A stretch of 36,870 nt of DNA from an uncultured Candidatus Saccharibacteria bacterium (GCA_964479835.1 CAYZRE010000004.1:1-36870); one strand, 5' to 3'; counted from the first letter of the stretch, positions 17,676 to 27,420 are shown. Notes: a model not told the origin generated them from the sequence alone. A program made the numbers and translations.

Positions 17676-18818
17676 ATGCCGTCACATACCGGTCTCAATT
17701 TTCTTCCGCAGGGAAACCGCCTCCGCCTGTTCCAGGCGGGTGCGCTTTCGGCTGTTGTGATGTCCGTGGTGATGATGGGACTGATGTTTCGCTCTTCCGG
17801 CGTGCAGACGGCATCGCTTTCGGATGCAGTCGCCTCGCCCCTGACTTTAACTTCTGCGTCTGATCGTGTCTGGACGCGACCGAAATCAATCAGTGAGAAT
17901 ACGGTCGTTTCTGTTACCGCCGGTGAACAGAGCGACACAGCCAAGTACTACGAACGAGAAACCGGCAAGGCGTTCTCGGTGAATCTCCGAACTCTGAAGA
18001 CCGACACCCTCTCCGCTACCCGGTTGCCGGGGTTCATCCGTACCTACTGGCTTCCCTACAGTACAGTGGTTGTTTCCGCATTTCAGGATCCTGCTGGTAT
18101 CAACTATCGTTCATTCGATTATAAGACTAAGGCAACCACCATTATTGGGTCAGATATTACGGCTCTTGCGGTATCTCCCGACGGCCGTCAGGTTGCGTAT
18201 ATACAACCTACGAAAGACGCATCAGCACTATTCATTAGTGCCCATGACGGTACGGACCCGCGGAAACTGATGACGACTCGCGCACAAGAAATCCGTTTGT
18301 ACTGGCCCATTAAGAATGCGCTCTCGATGGCCTCTCGCCGCCCTGACCGCCCGGGAACCGATCTGTCGGCCGTGGACCTCGAGGGCGCACTGACCGTCAT
18401 GATGTCCAACCGTGAAAATCTCGAATATCTGTGGTCTCCCGACGGCACACGACTGCTGTACTCGTACTTTACTCCCGAGCAGGGCGTCTCGCTCTGGTAC
18501 CGCGAAGCGGGGTCCGGCCTGGACATTTCACTCGGACTTTCGACCAGTGCGCGGAAATGCGCCTGGCATGGCACTGCGATGATAATAACTTGTGGTGTCC
18601 CCGCTAAAAACTCGTTGAGCCGCGATGTGCCCGCAGACCGCTCCGCAACGGTGGACGACATCGTCACGCTCGATATGTCGACTGGAGAACAAAACCGCCT
18701 CTACGGCGGAACAAGCGCAACGCTTATCGGAGTTATCGACCCTCTTGTCTCTTCGTCCGAGGATTATTTCGTTTTTACAAACCTGTTCGATCAGCGATTG
18801 TATCTTTTTCCGCTCTAG
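17676..18818 (+). CDS. Membrane-anchored beta-propeller (TolB/PD40-like) protein
   Basis: N-terminal TM; repeats AVSPDGRQVAY and WSPDGTRLLY. Confidence 0.75.
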   Translation: MPSHTGLNFLPQGNRLRLFQAGALSAVVMSVVMMGLMFRSSGVQTASLSDAVASPLTLTSASDRVWTRPKSISENTVVSVTAGEQSDTAKYYERETGKAFSVNLRTLKTDTLSATRLPGFIRTYWLPYSTVVVSAFQDPAGINYRSFDYKTKATTIIGSDITALAVSPDGRQVAYIQPTKDASALFISAHDGTDPRKLMTTRAQEIRLYWPIKNALSMASRRPDRPGTDLSAVDLEGALTVMMSNRENLEYLWSPDGTRLLYSYFTPEQGVSLWYREAGSGLDISLGLSTSARKCAWHGTAMIITCGVPAKNSLSRDVPADRSATVDDIVTLDMSTGEQNRLYGGTSATLIGVIDPLVSSSEDYFVFTNLFDQRLYLFPL

Positions 18819-19273
18819 AGTGGCTTGATGACGACTCTGCGAAGCGGGTCTTGCCCGACACTTTCGGTCGACAAATCGCTGTAGGTGGCCAGTTCGGTGT
18901 GAACAATGCGCCGTTCATACGATGTCATCGGTTCAAACGCCTCTGAACGCCGCGTCTGTTGTACGCGTGTTGCGGTTTCCCGTACCAGTTGAATGAGTTC
19001 CTTAGAGCGCTCTGCGCGATAATCATTGACATCAACAATGACGGAGCGGTTTTCCGGATTCTGCCGGAGCCACATCACCCGGACGACATGTTCGAGCGCT
19101 TTGAGATTTTGTCCGTTTTTTCCGATAAGAAGCCGTCCGTTGTCCTGGGCCTGTACGGCAACATGGACCGGGCCGCCCTCAACGGAGACGACGGAAACCT
19201 CGCAGGGAATCTGCATATATTCGGCGACGCGCCGTACAAAATCATCAATGATTGAGGTGTTTTCCGAATTCAT
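18815..19273 (-). CDS. jag: Jag/EloR (KhpB) RNA-binding protein, KH + R3H only
   Basis: LIGKNGQNLKALE (KH), VDVNDYR, PMTSYERRIVH (R3H), TESVG.DP.RRVVI. Start reset to MNSEN, overlapping the yidC stop. Confidence 0.88.
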   Translation of the reverse strand: MNSENTSIIDDFVRRVAEYMQIPCEVSVVSVEGGPVHVAVQAQDNGRLLIGKNGQNLKALEHVVRVMWLRQNPENRSVIVDVNDYRAERSKELIQLVRETATRVQQTRRSEAFEPMTSYERRIVHTELATYSDLSTESVGQDPLRRVVIKPL

Positions 19274-19968
19274 GGGGCCAGTATGACTGAACGACGACGC
19301 AAATACAACTGCTCTCCGATGGACCACAACGAGGTGGTAACCCAATAGAGCGCGAGCCCGGCCGGAAGGTTCCAGCTGATGACAATAATCATCACCGGCA
19401 GGAGATAGGTCATCTGCTGATTGAGCGCGGCGGTTTGCGGGGTCGTCGGCTGATTCGCCATGGCTGCACGGGCCTGAATGAATTGCGTAGCGCCTGCGAG
19501 GATTGCTAAGACGGGGTTACTCTTACTGATATCCAATAATCCCAGCATGATGTGGTTGATGCTTCCCGGATGGGGGACGAAGCTGTACAACAGGTCGAGC
19601 GTTTCCGGTTTAAAAATCTTCAAAAACACCTGGTATACCCCTATGAGTATCGGAAGCTGGAGAAGTAGTGGCAGACAACCGGCCAGCGGACTGACACCTT
19701 TCTCTTTATATAGCTTCATGACCGCCTCCGATTGGGCGGCGGTATTTCCTTTGTGCTCCGCCTTTACCTTTTCGATGTGCGGCGCCAAGTGCGCCATTTC
19801 CCTCTGCGAGCGCGCCGTCTTCATCGACAGCGGTAACAACAAGGCCCGGATCAGGATGGTCATCGCAATAATAGCAACGCCCAGATCTCCGAAGCCGACC
19901 GTGCCGTACAAAAAGATAGTAAGGTTCAGTATCGGTTGATAGATGACCGTGGTGAAAATATTACCCAT
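19270..19968 (-). CDS. yidC: Membrane protein insertase YidC (short form)
   Basis: GVAII.MTILIR.LLLPL, GCLPLLLQLPIL, LPAGLALYW; canonical location. Confidence 0.95.
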   Translation of the reverse strand: MGNIFTTVIYQPILNLTIFLYGTVGFGDLGVAIIAMTILIRALLLPLSMKTARSQREMAHLAPHIEKVKAEHKGNTAAQSEAVMKLYKEKGVSPLAGCLPLLLQLPILIGVYQVFLKIFKPETLDLLYSFVPHPGSINHIMLGLLDISKSNPVLAILAGATQFIQARAAMANQPTTPQTAALNQQMTYLLPVMIIVISWNLPAGLALYWVTTSLWSIGEQLYLRRRSVILAP

Positions 19969-20188
19969 GGTTTTGAACCGGCCAGAGCGAGTTACACCGT
20001 GCTAAGCGCGCAAGAGCTTTGGCGGTGCCTTTGAGCGCACCGTCTCGCTCGATAGCCTCCAGCGCGTACTCCGAACAGGTCGGCCACGAGCGGCATCCTG
20101 AAAATCCCCCTAAAAGCAGCGGGCTTGTGGTCCCACTCCTACTGATGGCCTGATATGCGCGCAGGGCGCGGGTCATGATGCGTTTCAT
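19961..20188 (-). CDS. yidD: Membrane protein insertion efficiency factor YidD
   Basis: YQ.IS, CRSWPTCSEYALEAI..G.LKG, RLARCN. Confidence 0.9.
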   Translation of the reverse strand: MKRIMTRALRAYQAISRSGTTSPLLLGGFSGCRSWPTCSEYALEAIERDGALKGTAKALARLARCNSLWPVQNHG

Positions 20189-20198
20189 AGTGTAATCT

Positions 20199-20546
20199 CT
20201 ATAAGATACCAGATTTCTTTATCAGCGACAGCAGTTCTTGCTCCAGCACGACTGCTTCGGGTAAACGCGGCGTCCTGACTGATATGACAGCACGAATACC
20301 GGACGAGACTTTCGCTGTACGAATAATGCGGGACAAGGCCGCCGAGGTTTGGCGTCGGAGTAGATTGCGTGCAGATGCGAGCGGGACAATTTTTGCAGGC
20401 ACGACAACCGCAAAGCGCATTTCGGTGCCTGATTGGTCCCGAGTGACACGCAAGGCAAAGTTTTCCGATGCGGCCGGGCGTGTCTCTGAAAACAATCTCG
20501 AGAACTCACGCTTTCCTTTCAATTGGTTCTTTTTTGGAAGTGCCAT
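20199..20546 (-). CDS. rnpA: RNase P protein component
   Basis: LPKKNQLK...F..., RFAVVV, ASARNLLRR (RNR motif); lies between rpmH and yidD. Confidence 0.88.
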   Translation of the reverse strand: MALPKKNQLKGKREFSRLFSETRPAASENFALRVTRDQSGTEMRFAVVVPAKIVPLASARNLLRRQTSAALSRIIRTAKVSSGIRAVISVRTPRLPEAVVLEQELLSLIKKSGIL

Positions 20547-20561
20547 GTGCGTGTGCGGAAA

Positions 20562-20588
20562 ACCGCCCCGATCGTTTGTCGGGGCGGT
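20562..20588 (-). terminator. Terminator/attenuator after rpmH
   Basis: ACCGCCCCGA-7 nt-TCGGGGCGGT followed by T residues on the - strand. Confidence 0.65.
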
Positions 20589-20593
20589 CGTAG

Positions 20594-20731
20594 CTATACG
20601 GAAAGCCTTTTTCGCCCCCGACTGCGGCGGCGCGCCACTACCTTTCTGCCGGACTTGGTCTCCATGCGTGACAGAAAGCCATGCTTACGGCTGCGCTTCG
20701 CTTTCTTTGGACGATATCGTGTGATTTTCAT
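20594..20731 (-). CDS. rpmH: 50S ribosomal protein L34 (not in the ORF track)
   Basis: Hand translation: [45 protein letters not shown]. Confidence 0.96.
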   Translation of the reverse strand: MKITRYRPKKAKRSRKHGFLSRMETKSGRKVVARRRSRGRKRLSV

Positions 20732-20740
20732 ACCATCAAC

Positions 20741-20769
20741 AATCTACACTGTTTAAACTTACTGGTCAA
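20741..20769 (-). promoter_or_regulatory. sigma70 promoter of the rpmH operon
   Basis: TTGACC-17 nt-TAGATT, 9 nt before the ATG. Confidence 0.65.
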
Positions 20770-20902
20770 TCTTTACCCGCCGTTCTCCACTTGTTATAAA
20801 CACTCTGTCCACTAATTCGGGCTAAAGGCGTGCTTGAGTGTGACGGGTGACACTGTATACTGGCGACACAGCGAACAGTTGGAGGTGCCCACAAACACGA
20901 TT

Positions 20903-22285
20903 ATGACATCCCTACCGCACGAAGATATTTGGAAAGCGGTGCTCGGAGAAATGGAACTTTCTCTTTCCCGAGCGCACTTCTCAACATGGTTTAAGAATAC
21001 CAACATCGTTGCACGAGACCAGAACTCTGTTACCGTCAGCGTGCCCAACGGTTTTGTAAAAGAGTGGCTCGAGAACAAGTTCAACCGCCAAATCCTCACT
21101 TCCATACACAAACTCTCAAATGAAATCCGTGAAGTGAAGTATATCGTCGGTCAACCGAAACCGGAACCGATGCGACAGGACATATCAAAAATTATCATTG
21201 AAAAAGAGTTCCAAGAACAAACTGCGGCTGACCAGAGCCAAGAAATCGACAAGGTCACCCACTTGAACAAAAAATACTCGTTTGACTCGTTTGTTGTCGG
21301 TTCCTCTAATGAATTCTCCTTTGCCTGCTCGCAGGCGGTTGCCGCAAGCCCCGGCAAACACTACAACCCACTTTTCATGTACGGCGGCGTAGGTCTTGGA
21401 AAAACCCACCTCATCCAATCAATCGGGAATCAAGTGCTCCGCGATTGGCCGGATAAAAAAATACTTTACACAACAGGAGAGAAACTCACCGGTAATATCG
21501 TTGAAGCAATCCGGAACCGGACAATCGAAGATATTAAATCCCAGTACTCCCGCCTGGATATTCTTATTATTGACGATATTCAGTACATCGCGGGAAAAGA
21601 CAAAACCCAGGAGATTGTGTTCACTATCTTTAACGAGCTCCACAATCGCAATAAGCAGGTTGTCTGTACATCAGATCGCCCTCCGAAAGCGATTCCCGCG
21701 ATTGAAGAGCGCCTCCAGTCACGACTTGAAGGGGGAATGCTTGCGGAGATTAATATGCCGGATTTTGAAACTCGATTGGCGATTCTGAAGTCAAAAGCTG
21801 TTGAAAAATCGAGTCAACTAAGCGACGAGGTTCTTTCCTATATCGCAACCCACATTCAAAAAAATGTCCGCGAACTCGAAGGTGCGCTCAACCGCGTTAT
21901 TGCGCTCTCACAAATCTACAACCGCACCCCGGACCTTAAGGAGGTCAAAAACATCCTTAATGCATATCTTGCCATCCCGTACCGTAAAACGTCGCCTCAA
22001 GTCATTTTAAAGACCGTGGCAGACTTCTATAGTATCGCCTCGGCAGACCTTACAAAACGAAGCAGGAAGAAAGAGATTGTAAAACCCCGGCAGGTTGCGA
22101 TGTACCTCTTACGCGAAGAGATAAAACTTTCATTCCCTGAAATAGGCCAAAAACTTGGTGGGCGAGACCACTCTACTGTTATTCATGCGTGCGAAAAAAT
22201 AAGACGGGAAGAGGGTATAGATGAACCTCTTAAGAACGAGTTGGTTATGATTCGACAACGCATTTACGACTCCTTCGACCGTTAA
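20903..22285 (+). CDS. dnaA: Chromosomal replication initiator DnaA
   Basis: [51 protein letters not shown]. Start reset to ATG 20903. Confidence 0.98.
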   Translation: MTSLPHEDIWKAVLGEMELSLSRAHFSTWFKNTNIVARDQNSVTVSVPNGFVKEWLENKFNRQILTSIHKLSNEIREVKYIVGQPKPEPMRQDISKIIIEKEFQEQTAADQSQEIDKVTHLNKKYSFDSFVVGSSNEFSFACSQAVAASPGKHYNPLFMYGGVGLGKTHLIQSIGNQVLRDWPDKKILYTTGEKLTGNIVEAIRNRTIEDIKSQYSRLDILIIDDIQYIAGKDKTQEIVFTIFNELHNRNKQVVCTSDRPPKAIPAIEERLQSRLEGGMLAEINMPDFETRLAILKSKAVEKSSQLSDEVLSYIATHIQKNVRELEGALNRVIALSQIYNRTPDLKEVKNILNAYLAIPYRKTSPQVILKTVADFYSIASADLTKRSRKKEIVKPRQVAMYLLREEIKLSFPEIGQKLGGRDHSTVIHACEKIRREEGIDEPLKNELVMIRQRIYDSFDR

Positions 22286-22519
22286 TTAATAGGGTGTGGA
22301 AAAATCTGCGGATAACATGAGGAGAAAATTGTGAATACTGTAGGGTGTGGTGTCTGATAGTAAAATTATCAAGACAAGACCGCGACTTATACGGTACTCA
22401 TCCACAATATGAAAGATGTAAAAAATATAAGCGGGCCGGGCCGGAGTAGAATAGTATCCCCATATCCACAGGCATAGTAGTAAGTAGTAGTATGTAATTA
22501 TCTTATTAATACAGAACAC
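22286..22519. other. oriC (dnaA-dnaN intergenic region)
   Basis: DnaA boxes TGTGGAAAA (22295, consensus), TGCGGATAA (22307), TGTGAATAC (22330), TCATCCACA (22398), ATATCCACA (22462). These are followed by GGCA, a TAG-repeat run (22475-22492) and an AT-rich tract. Confidence 0.85.
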
Positions 22520-23611
22520 ATGAAAGCGCTTGTACATAAAACACGACTCCAGCGAGCACTTGGTTTTGTAGAGAGAGTCACTTCGCGTAATACAACACTT
22601 CCTATTTTAAGTAATGTGCTTTTGCGTACCGAGAATGGGCGGATTAGGGTTTCGGCAACGAACTTAGAAGTCGGTGTGAGTTCGGTTATCGGAGCGAAGG
22701 TAGACTCTGAAGGGCAAATTGCGGTTCCCGGTAAAATGCTTGCGGATTTTGTGCGAAATGCGCCCGGGGAGAATGTTATTCTTGATCTCAAACAGAACAC
22801 CCTCTCCGTACAGGCAGGGTCTTATAAAACAACCATACTTTGCTTTAATGCTGCTGAATATCCCATCACTCCAAAAGTAGAAGGCGGACATCACTATACT
22901 GTGTCGGCTCATGTATTACGCCAACTTATTAATACCGTGTCAGATTCTATCGCCCTATCAGATTCACGCCCGGAACTTGCAGGTGCACTTCTACGGTTTG
23001 ATAGCGACGCAATTGTTATGGCGGCAACTGATATTTTTCGTCTCGCGGAGCGCACGGCGGTCGGACAACACGGAGTAACTAACTCCGCTATTGTTCCTCG
23101 AGGTACTATCTCTGAGTTGGGACGAATTCTGGGAGATATTGATGGTGATATAACAATACGCGTCGCCGACAATCAAATATCGTTTTCCCATGAAGAATTT
23201 GAAATCGTTTCACGTCTTATTGATGGTCGATATCCGGATTACCGAAAGGTAATTCCGGAGCGCGCGCTTGCAAAAGTATTGGTTCGGCGGGATGAATTGG
23301 AAAATGCGGCAAAAGTTGCCGCGCTATTCTCGTCGAGTATCTCTGATATTAAACTGGAATGTGACGAGAAAGGGCTCCGTATTAGTGGAAAGAATTCCAG
23401 TAAAGGTGAGGCATTGGCGGGAGTGGAAGCAAACCTAAAGGGAGACCCTTTTGACGTCTCTATGAACTTCCACTACTTTCTCGATGGCCTCAAAGCAATT
23501 CAAACAGATAAAGTTATTCTGGAGTTCACTGGAAAAGGGAGCCCTTTTATTATGAGGCCCGATACTCAAGAAAGAGATTCTGTGTACCTTATTATGCCCT
23601 TGCGTAGTTAA
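22520..23611 (+). CDS. dnaN: DNA polymerase III beta clamp
   Basis: TLPILSNVLL, ATNLEV, ATD.FRLA, SRLIDGRYPDY, YLIMPLR. Confidence 0.97.
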   Translation: MKALVHKTRLQRALGFVERVTSRNTTLPILSNVLLRTENGRIRVSATNLEVGVSSVIGAKVDSEGQIAVPGKMLADFVRNAPGENVILDLKQNTLSVQAGSYKTTILCFNAAEYPITPKVEGGHHYTVSAHVLRQLINTVSDSIALSDSRPELAGALLRFDSDAIVMAATDIFRLAERTAVGQHGVTNSAIVPRGTISELGRILGDIDGDITIRVADNQISFSHEEFEIVSRLIDGRYPDYRKVIPERALAKVLVRRDELENAAKVAALFSSSISDIKLECDEKGLRISGKNSSKGEALAGVEANLKGDPFDVSMNFHYFLDGLKAIQTDKVILEFTGKGSPFIMRPDTQERDSVYLIMPLRS

Positions 23612-23616
23612 GAGGC

Positions 23617-23898
23617 ATGTTTAAATCAATCCAAAACACACTGTCCCGGCGTCAGCAATTGGTCGGACAGCAAGGGAATGTTGCGGACATTACACAACAG
23701 GCAGTGTTGGAATTTTTACAACAAAGCTACTCAGACACCTCCGCGCGCATTTCTGTGCGGTATCAGGAGGCGGATAAGGTTCTTACTATTGTCACGTCGA
23801 ATAAAACACTCGCAGGCGAATTGTTATTGCACGCCCCGGAACTTCAGTCGTATCTTATATCTCGCAATATCCGTGTGGAGCGGATTATTGTCCGGTAA
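23617..23898 (+). CDS. Small protein, possible DciA/DUF721-family helicase loader
   Basis: 5 nt after dnaN; pattern VLTIVTSNKTLAGELL.....L...L......V..I.V resembles DUF721. Confidence 0.55.
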   Translation: MFKSIQNTLSRRQQLVGQQGNVADITQQAVLEFLQQSYSDTSARISVRYQEADKVLTIVTSNKTLAGELLLHAPELQSYLISRNIRVERIIVR

Positions 23899-26031
23899 TT
23901 ATTGGAAACCGGAAAAAGCCTGGACAGCCCACTCCCAATTAGCAAACTGGGGGTCATTTCCCGGTGTCGACGGGTAGGGTCCGAGCGGATCATTTTTTGA
24001 AACGAAATACAAAATCGTGTGGGCGTCCGGTGTGCCATTGAGTATCGTCTTGTCGGTTATAATAGGATTCGGATTTACGAATGTTTCAGAGGGTAAACCC
24101 CTAAGCGCAGCGTTCATAAACGCGTTCCAAAGCGGTCCCGAGGCGCTGATACCGGCTCCGGCGGCTGTCATGGATTCATTGTGATTATTTCCAACCCACA
24201 CACCTACCGCGAGTGAGGGCGCATAACCAACAACCCATGCATCCCTGTTCTCCTGTGTTGTGCCCGTCTTTGCGGCCACATCACGACCGGGTAGATAGAG
24301 AGAGTTATTGAAACCGAACGCCGGCGCACGGGCGTTATTATCACTAAGCACATCGTTAATCAGTCGGGCAGTTTGGGCATCCAGTACGCGTTCCGGAGTT
24401 GTCTGGCGCTCTTCTAGTAGGGTACCATCGCTAATCTCAATGCGCTGGATGAGACCCCACGGTAAACGGACCCCTTCGTTGGCGAAAACGCCATACGCCG
24501 ATACGAGGTCGATAGGGCGGACCTCAGCGCCACCCAGTACCAACGAAAGACCAAATCGTGAACGGTCACCTAGTGTGGTGATACCCATACGTGTCGCCAG
24601 ATCAATAACCGAATCGATGCCCGCGAGGTACAATGTTTTTACTGACGGGACATTTAATGAGCGTGCAAGTCCTTGGCGCATTGTCACCGGGCCGGAGAAT
24701 GTGCCGCTATAATTTCTGGGGTGGTAACAATCCTGACCAGTTCGATCTTTTGTGGCCGTTGCGGTGGGCGGGCACGACGGATTAAATTCAGTTTTCACAT
24801 CCCAAAGGATGGTGCTGTCGGGAAATCCTTCGGCAAATGCGGCGGCATATGCGAACGGTTTAAACGCAGAGCCGGGCTGCCGTTGTGCAGTGACGACATT
24901 GTAGTTTCCTTCATTGCCGGTATCGAAATAATCGGCGGAACCGACCAGCGCGAGCACCTCACCGGTTTTCGGGTCGATGGCCACCAGAGCAGCATTGGTG
25001 GCTTTGTATTTCTCACGGTTGATTGCCGCATACTTTGCCACCAACTCCTCCGCTTTCTTTTGTAGGTCTGCGTCAAGCGTGGTGATAATCTTGAATCCGC
25101 CACTGGTCACAATATCTGCGCCATACTTTGAGATTACATAATCGCGTGCCATGAGCACAAAATGCGGAGCTGCGAGAGTGCTACCCTTCGGTCTAAACTC
25201 GAGAGTCACCGCTAATGCGTCTCGGTACTGCTGTTCGTCAATCGAGTGTAACTGACGCATGCGTCCGAGCACATAATCCTTGCGCCCCAACAGTTCATCG
25301 ATATGTGTGCCATACGGAGACAAGTACGACGGACGTTGCACCATTGAAGCTAATGCCGCAGCCTGTGCCAGGGAGAGATCGGATGCGGGAATACCGAAGT
25401 AAGTCTGACTTGCCGATTCAATACCATACGCGTTAGAGCCATAGGGGACCTGGTTCAGGTACATCGTAAAAATCTGGTCTTTGGTAAATTTCCGTTCAAC
25501 TTCGATTGCCAAAATAAGCTCTTGAACTTTTCGAGTCAGGTTTTTCTCTCTTCCCACTAATGCGTTACCAACGAGTTGCTGGGTGATTGTCGAGCCGCCG
25601 CCGGACCCGAACCCCTGTTCGAGGTTGTTTAGGAGCGAGCGAGCGATGCCCTTAAGATCGAATCCTTTATGCTCATAGAAACCACTGTCCTCAACCGCCA
25701 TCGTCGCCTTCTTGATGGTGTCGCTGATGCGTTCCCAGGGAACCACCGTCCGACGCTCTTCGTCGTAGATGTCGTAGAGCACTATCTTCCCGGTTCGGTC
25801 ATAAATCTTCGTCGACTCTTTTACTTGACGCGAGATAATTGACTCGGGGTCGGGAACTTGGCTCTTCGCGTACATCACGAACAAGGAAACACCAATAACA
25901 CCGAGCGTCACTGCCCATGCTGCAAGAACGAGTGCATGGGAGAGCCAGGTACGCCAAGGGGTGTTGCCGCGGCGAATACGCCGTAGGAACGGCTGTAGGT
26001 TCGGTATGTGAAGCCAGGATGGATATGACAT
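23899..26031 (-). CDS. Class A penicillin-binding protein (transglycosylase/transpeptidase)
   Basis: EDSGFYEHKG, GGSTITQQLV, RKVQE, YLNQVPYG; SAFK, SLN, KTGT. Start reset to MSYPSW. Confidence 0.95.
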   Translation of the reverse strand: MSYPSWLHIPNLQPFLRRIRRGNTPWRTWLSHALVLAAWAVTLGVIGVSLFVMYAKSQVPDPESIISRQVKESTKIYDRTGKIVLYDIYDEERRTVVPWERISDTIKKATMAVEDSGFYEHKGFDLKGIARSLLNNLEQGFGSGGGSTITQQLVGNALVGREKNLTRKVQELILAIEVERKFTKDQIFTMYLNQVPYGSNAYGIESASQTYFGIPASDLSLAQAAALASMVQRPSYLSPYGTHIDELLGRKDYVLGRMRQLHSIDEQQYRDALAVTLEFRPKGSTLAAPHFVLMARDYVISKYGADIVTSGGFKIITTLDADLQKKAEELVAKYAAINREKYKATNAALVAIDPKTGEVLALVGSADYFDTGNEGNYNVVTAQRQPGSAFKPFAYAAAFAEGFPDSTILWDVKTEFNPSCPPTATATKDRTGQDCYHPRNYSGTFSGPVTMRQGLARSLNVPSVKTLYLAGIDSVIDLATRMGITTLGDRSRFGLSLVLGGAEVRPIDLVSAYGVFANEGVRLPWGLIQRIEISDGTLLEERQTTPERVLDAQTARLINDVLSDNNARAPAFGFNNSLYLPGRDVAAKTGTTQENRDAWVVGYAPSLAVGVWVGNNHNESMTAAGAGISASGPLWNAFMNAALRGLPSETFVNPNPIITDKTILNGTPDAHTILYFVSKNDPLGPYPSTPGNDPQFANWEWAVQAFSGFQ

Positions 26032-26097
26032 GTTGGGCGAATATACCACAAAAATGTCGTATTTACAATATTTTTTCTTCTCGGTACAATACACAGC

Positions 26098-27231
26098 ATG
26101 TCGCCAAAGAATCGGCTCACACAAACGCAGGACACCCTTAAGAGGCGGGTTCAGAACGCATTCCCCTCGCTTGAAGATGTTACCGAGCGTTTAGCGGGTC
26201 AGGAGAAACTAACCATATATCTCGGCATTGATCCGACGGGAACCGAGCTTCATCTTGGACATACGATTCCGATGCTCCTATTGGCGGACCTTGCGGAACT
26301 GGGCCACGACACAGTACTCCTTATCGGCGACTTCACTGCACGTATTGGAGACCCCACAGATAAGAGTGCGGCACGGCAGGCGCTGACAGCTGACCAGGTA
26401 GAGGAGAACATGGCAACCTATCTGGACCAGGCCTATAAAATTATTCCGAAAGATTCATTTCGAGTTGCGTACAATAGTGAGTGGCTCAGTAGTATGAATA
26501 TGGAGCAGGTATTGTCGCTGACCGCACGGGTAACGGTACAGCAAATGTTGGCACGCGACATGTTTCAAGAGCGTCTGAAAAAGGAACAGCCTATTCATGT
26601 GAGCGAGTTCTTATACCCTCTCATGCAGGGGTACGACTCTGTCGCTCTTCGTACCGATGGCGAGGTTGGCGGTAATGACCAAACGTTTAATATGTTAGTA
26701 GGCCGAGAGCTCGAGAAAGAAATTCTCGGCAAAGATAAAATAGTACTGGCTACGCGTCTTCTTGTGGATGTGGTCTCCGGTAAGAAGATGAGCAAGTCAG
26801 AGGGCACGCTCATTGCTATCGATGACAGTCCACAGGAGATTCGCCGCAAAGTTCTCGCGCTTGACGATAAGATGACTAAAACTATATTTGAACTGTGCAC
26901 CCGGAAAGATGCGGCATGGATAGATGAGCAAGCGGCGGGTGATCCGCGACAGTTCAAAGAAGCTTTAGCCGCAGAGCTGGTGCGCATGTATCACGGAGAA
27001 GGTGCTGTTTCCGAAGCAAATGAACCGTCCCCATCACCAGCGGATACAGCAGGATCGCTAGCTCATGCCCTGAAAGTTAGCGGGGCTGCATCATCTACCA
27101 CGACAGCGAAAGCACTTATTAGTCAGGGGGCAGTGTCGGTTAACGGGAAGACTGCGACCCGGTGGGATGTTGAGGTTAATAGTGAGGATATCATCAAAGT
27201 TGGCAAGGGAAAGTTGGTAAAGGTGAAATAA
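26098..27231 (+). CDS. tyrS: Tyrosine--tRNA ligase
   Basis: YLGIDPTG.ELHLGH, YPLMQGYD, GGNDQTFN, KMSKS, C-terminal S4 domain. Confidence 0.96.
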   Translation: MSPKNRLTQTQDTLKRRVQNAFPSLEDVTERLAGQEKLTIYLGIDPTGTELHLGHTIPMLLLADLAELGHDTVLLIGDFTARIGDPTDKSAARQALTADQVEENMATYLDQAYKIIPKDSFRVAYNSEWLSSMNMEQVLSLTARVTVQQMLARDMFQERLKKEQPIHVSEFLYPLMQGYDSVALRTDGEVGGNDQTFNMLVGRELEKEILGKDKIVLATRLLVDVVSGKKMSKSEGTLIAIDDSPQEIRRKVLALDDKMTKTIFELCTRKDAAWIDEQAAGDPRQFKEALAAELVRMYHGEGAVSEANEPSPSPADTAGSLAHALKVSGAASSTTTAKALISQGAVSVNGKTATRWDVEVNSEDIIKVGKGKLVKVK

Positions 27232-27262
27232 TAAAACACCCCGGAAACCCGGGGCGTTTTAT
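27231..27262. terminator. Bidirectional terminator
   Basis: ATAAAACACCCCGG-AAAC-CCGGGGCGTTTTAT. Confidence 0.75.
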
Positions 27263-27414
27263 ATCAGAATCTCTTCTTCTTGTTTCTCTTCTTCCTCCTC
27301 GTCTTCCTCTGTTTTTTTCTTGTCCTCTTCGTCCTCATCCTCCTCGTCTTTGTCGTCGAACACCTCTTCGACGGGCCCTGCGACGGTGCTAAGTAGTAGT
27401 TCGTCTTTGTTCAT
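27259..27414 (-). CDS. 51-aa highly acidic small protein (not in the ORF track)
   Basis: MNKDELLLSTVAGPVEEVFDDKDEEDEDEEDKKKTEEDEEEEEKQEEEILI*; 26/51 D+E; has its own promoter and ends in the terminator. Confidence 0.7.
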   Translation of the reverse strand: MNKDELLLSTVAGPVEEVFDDKDEEDEDEEDKKKTEEDEEEEEKQEEEILI

Positions 27415-27420
27415 GGGGTT

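Noticed and set aside
8397-18818. Integrative conjugative element or prophage
   Set aside because: No integrase, relaxase, att repeats, phage genes or obvious compositional break; flanked tightly by core genes.
23206-23220. parS-like GTTTCACGT
   Set aside because: Half-site only, inside dnaN coding sequence.
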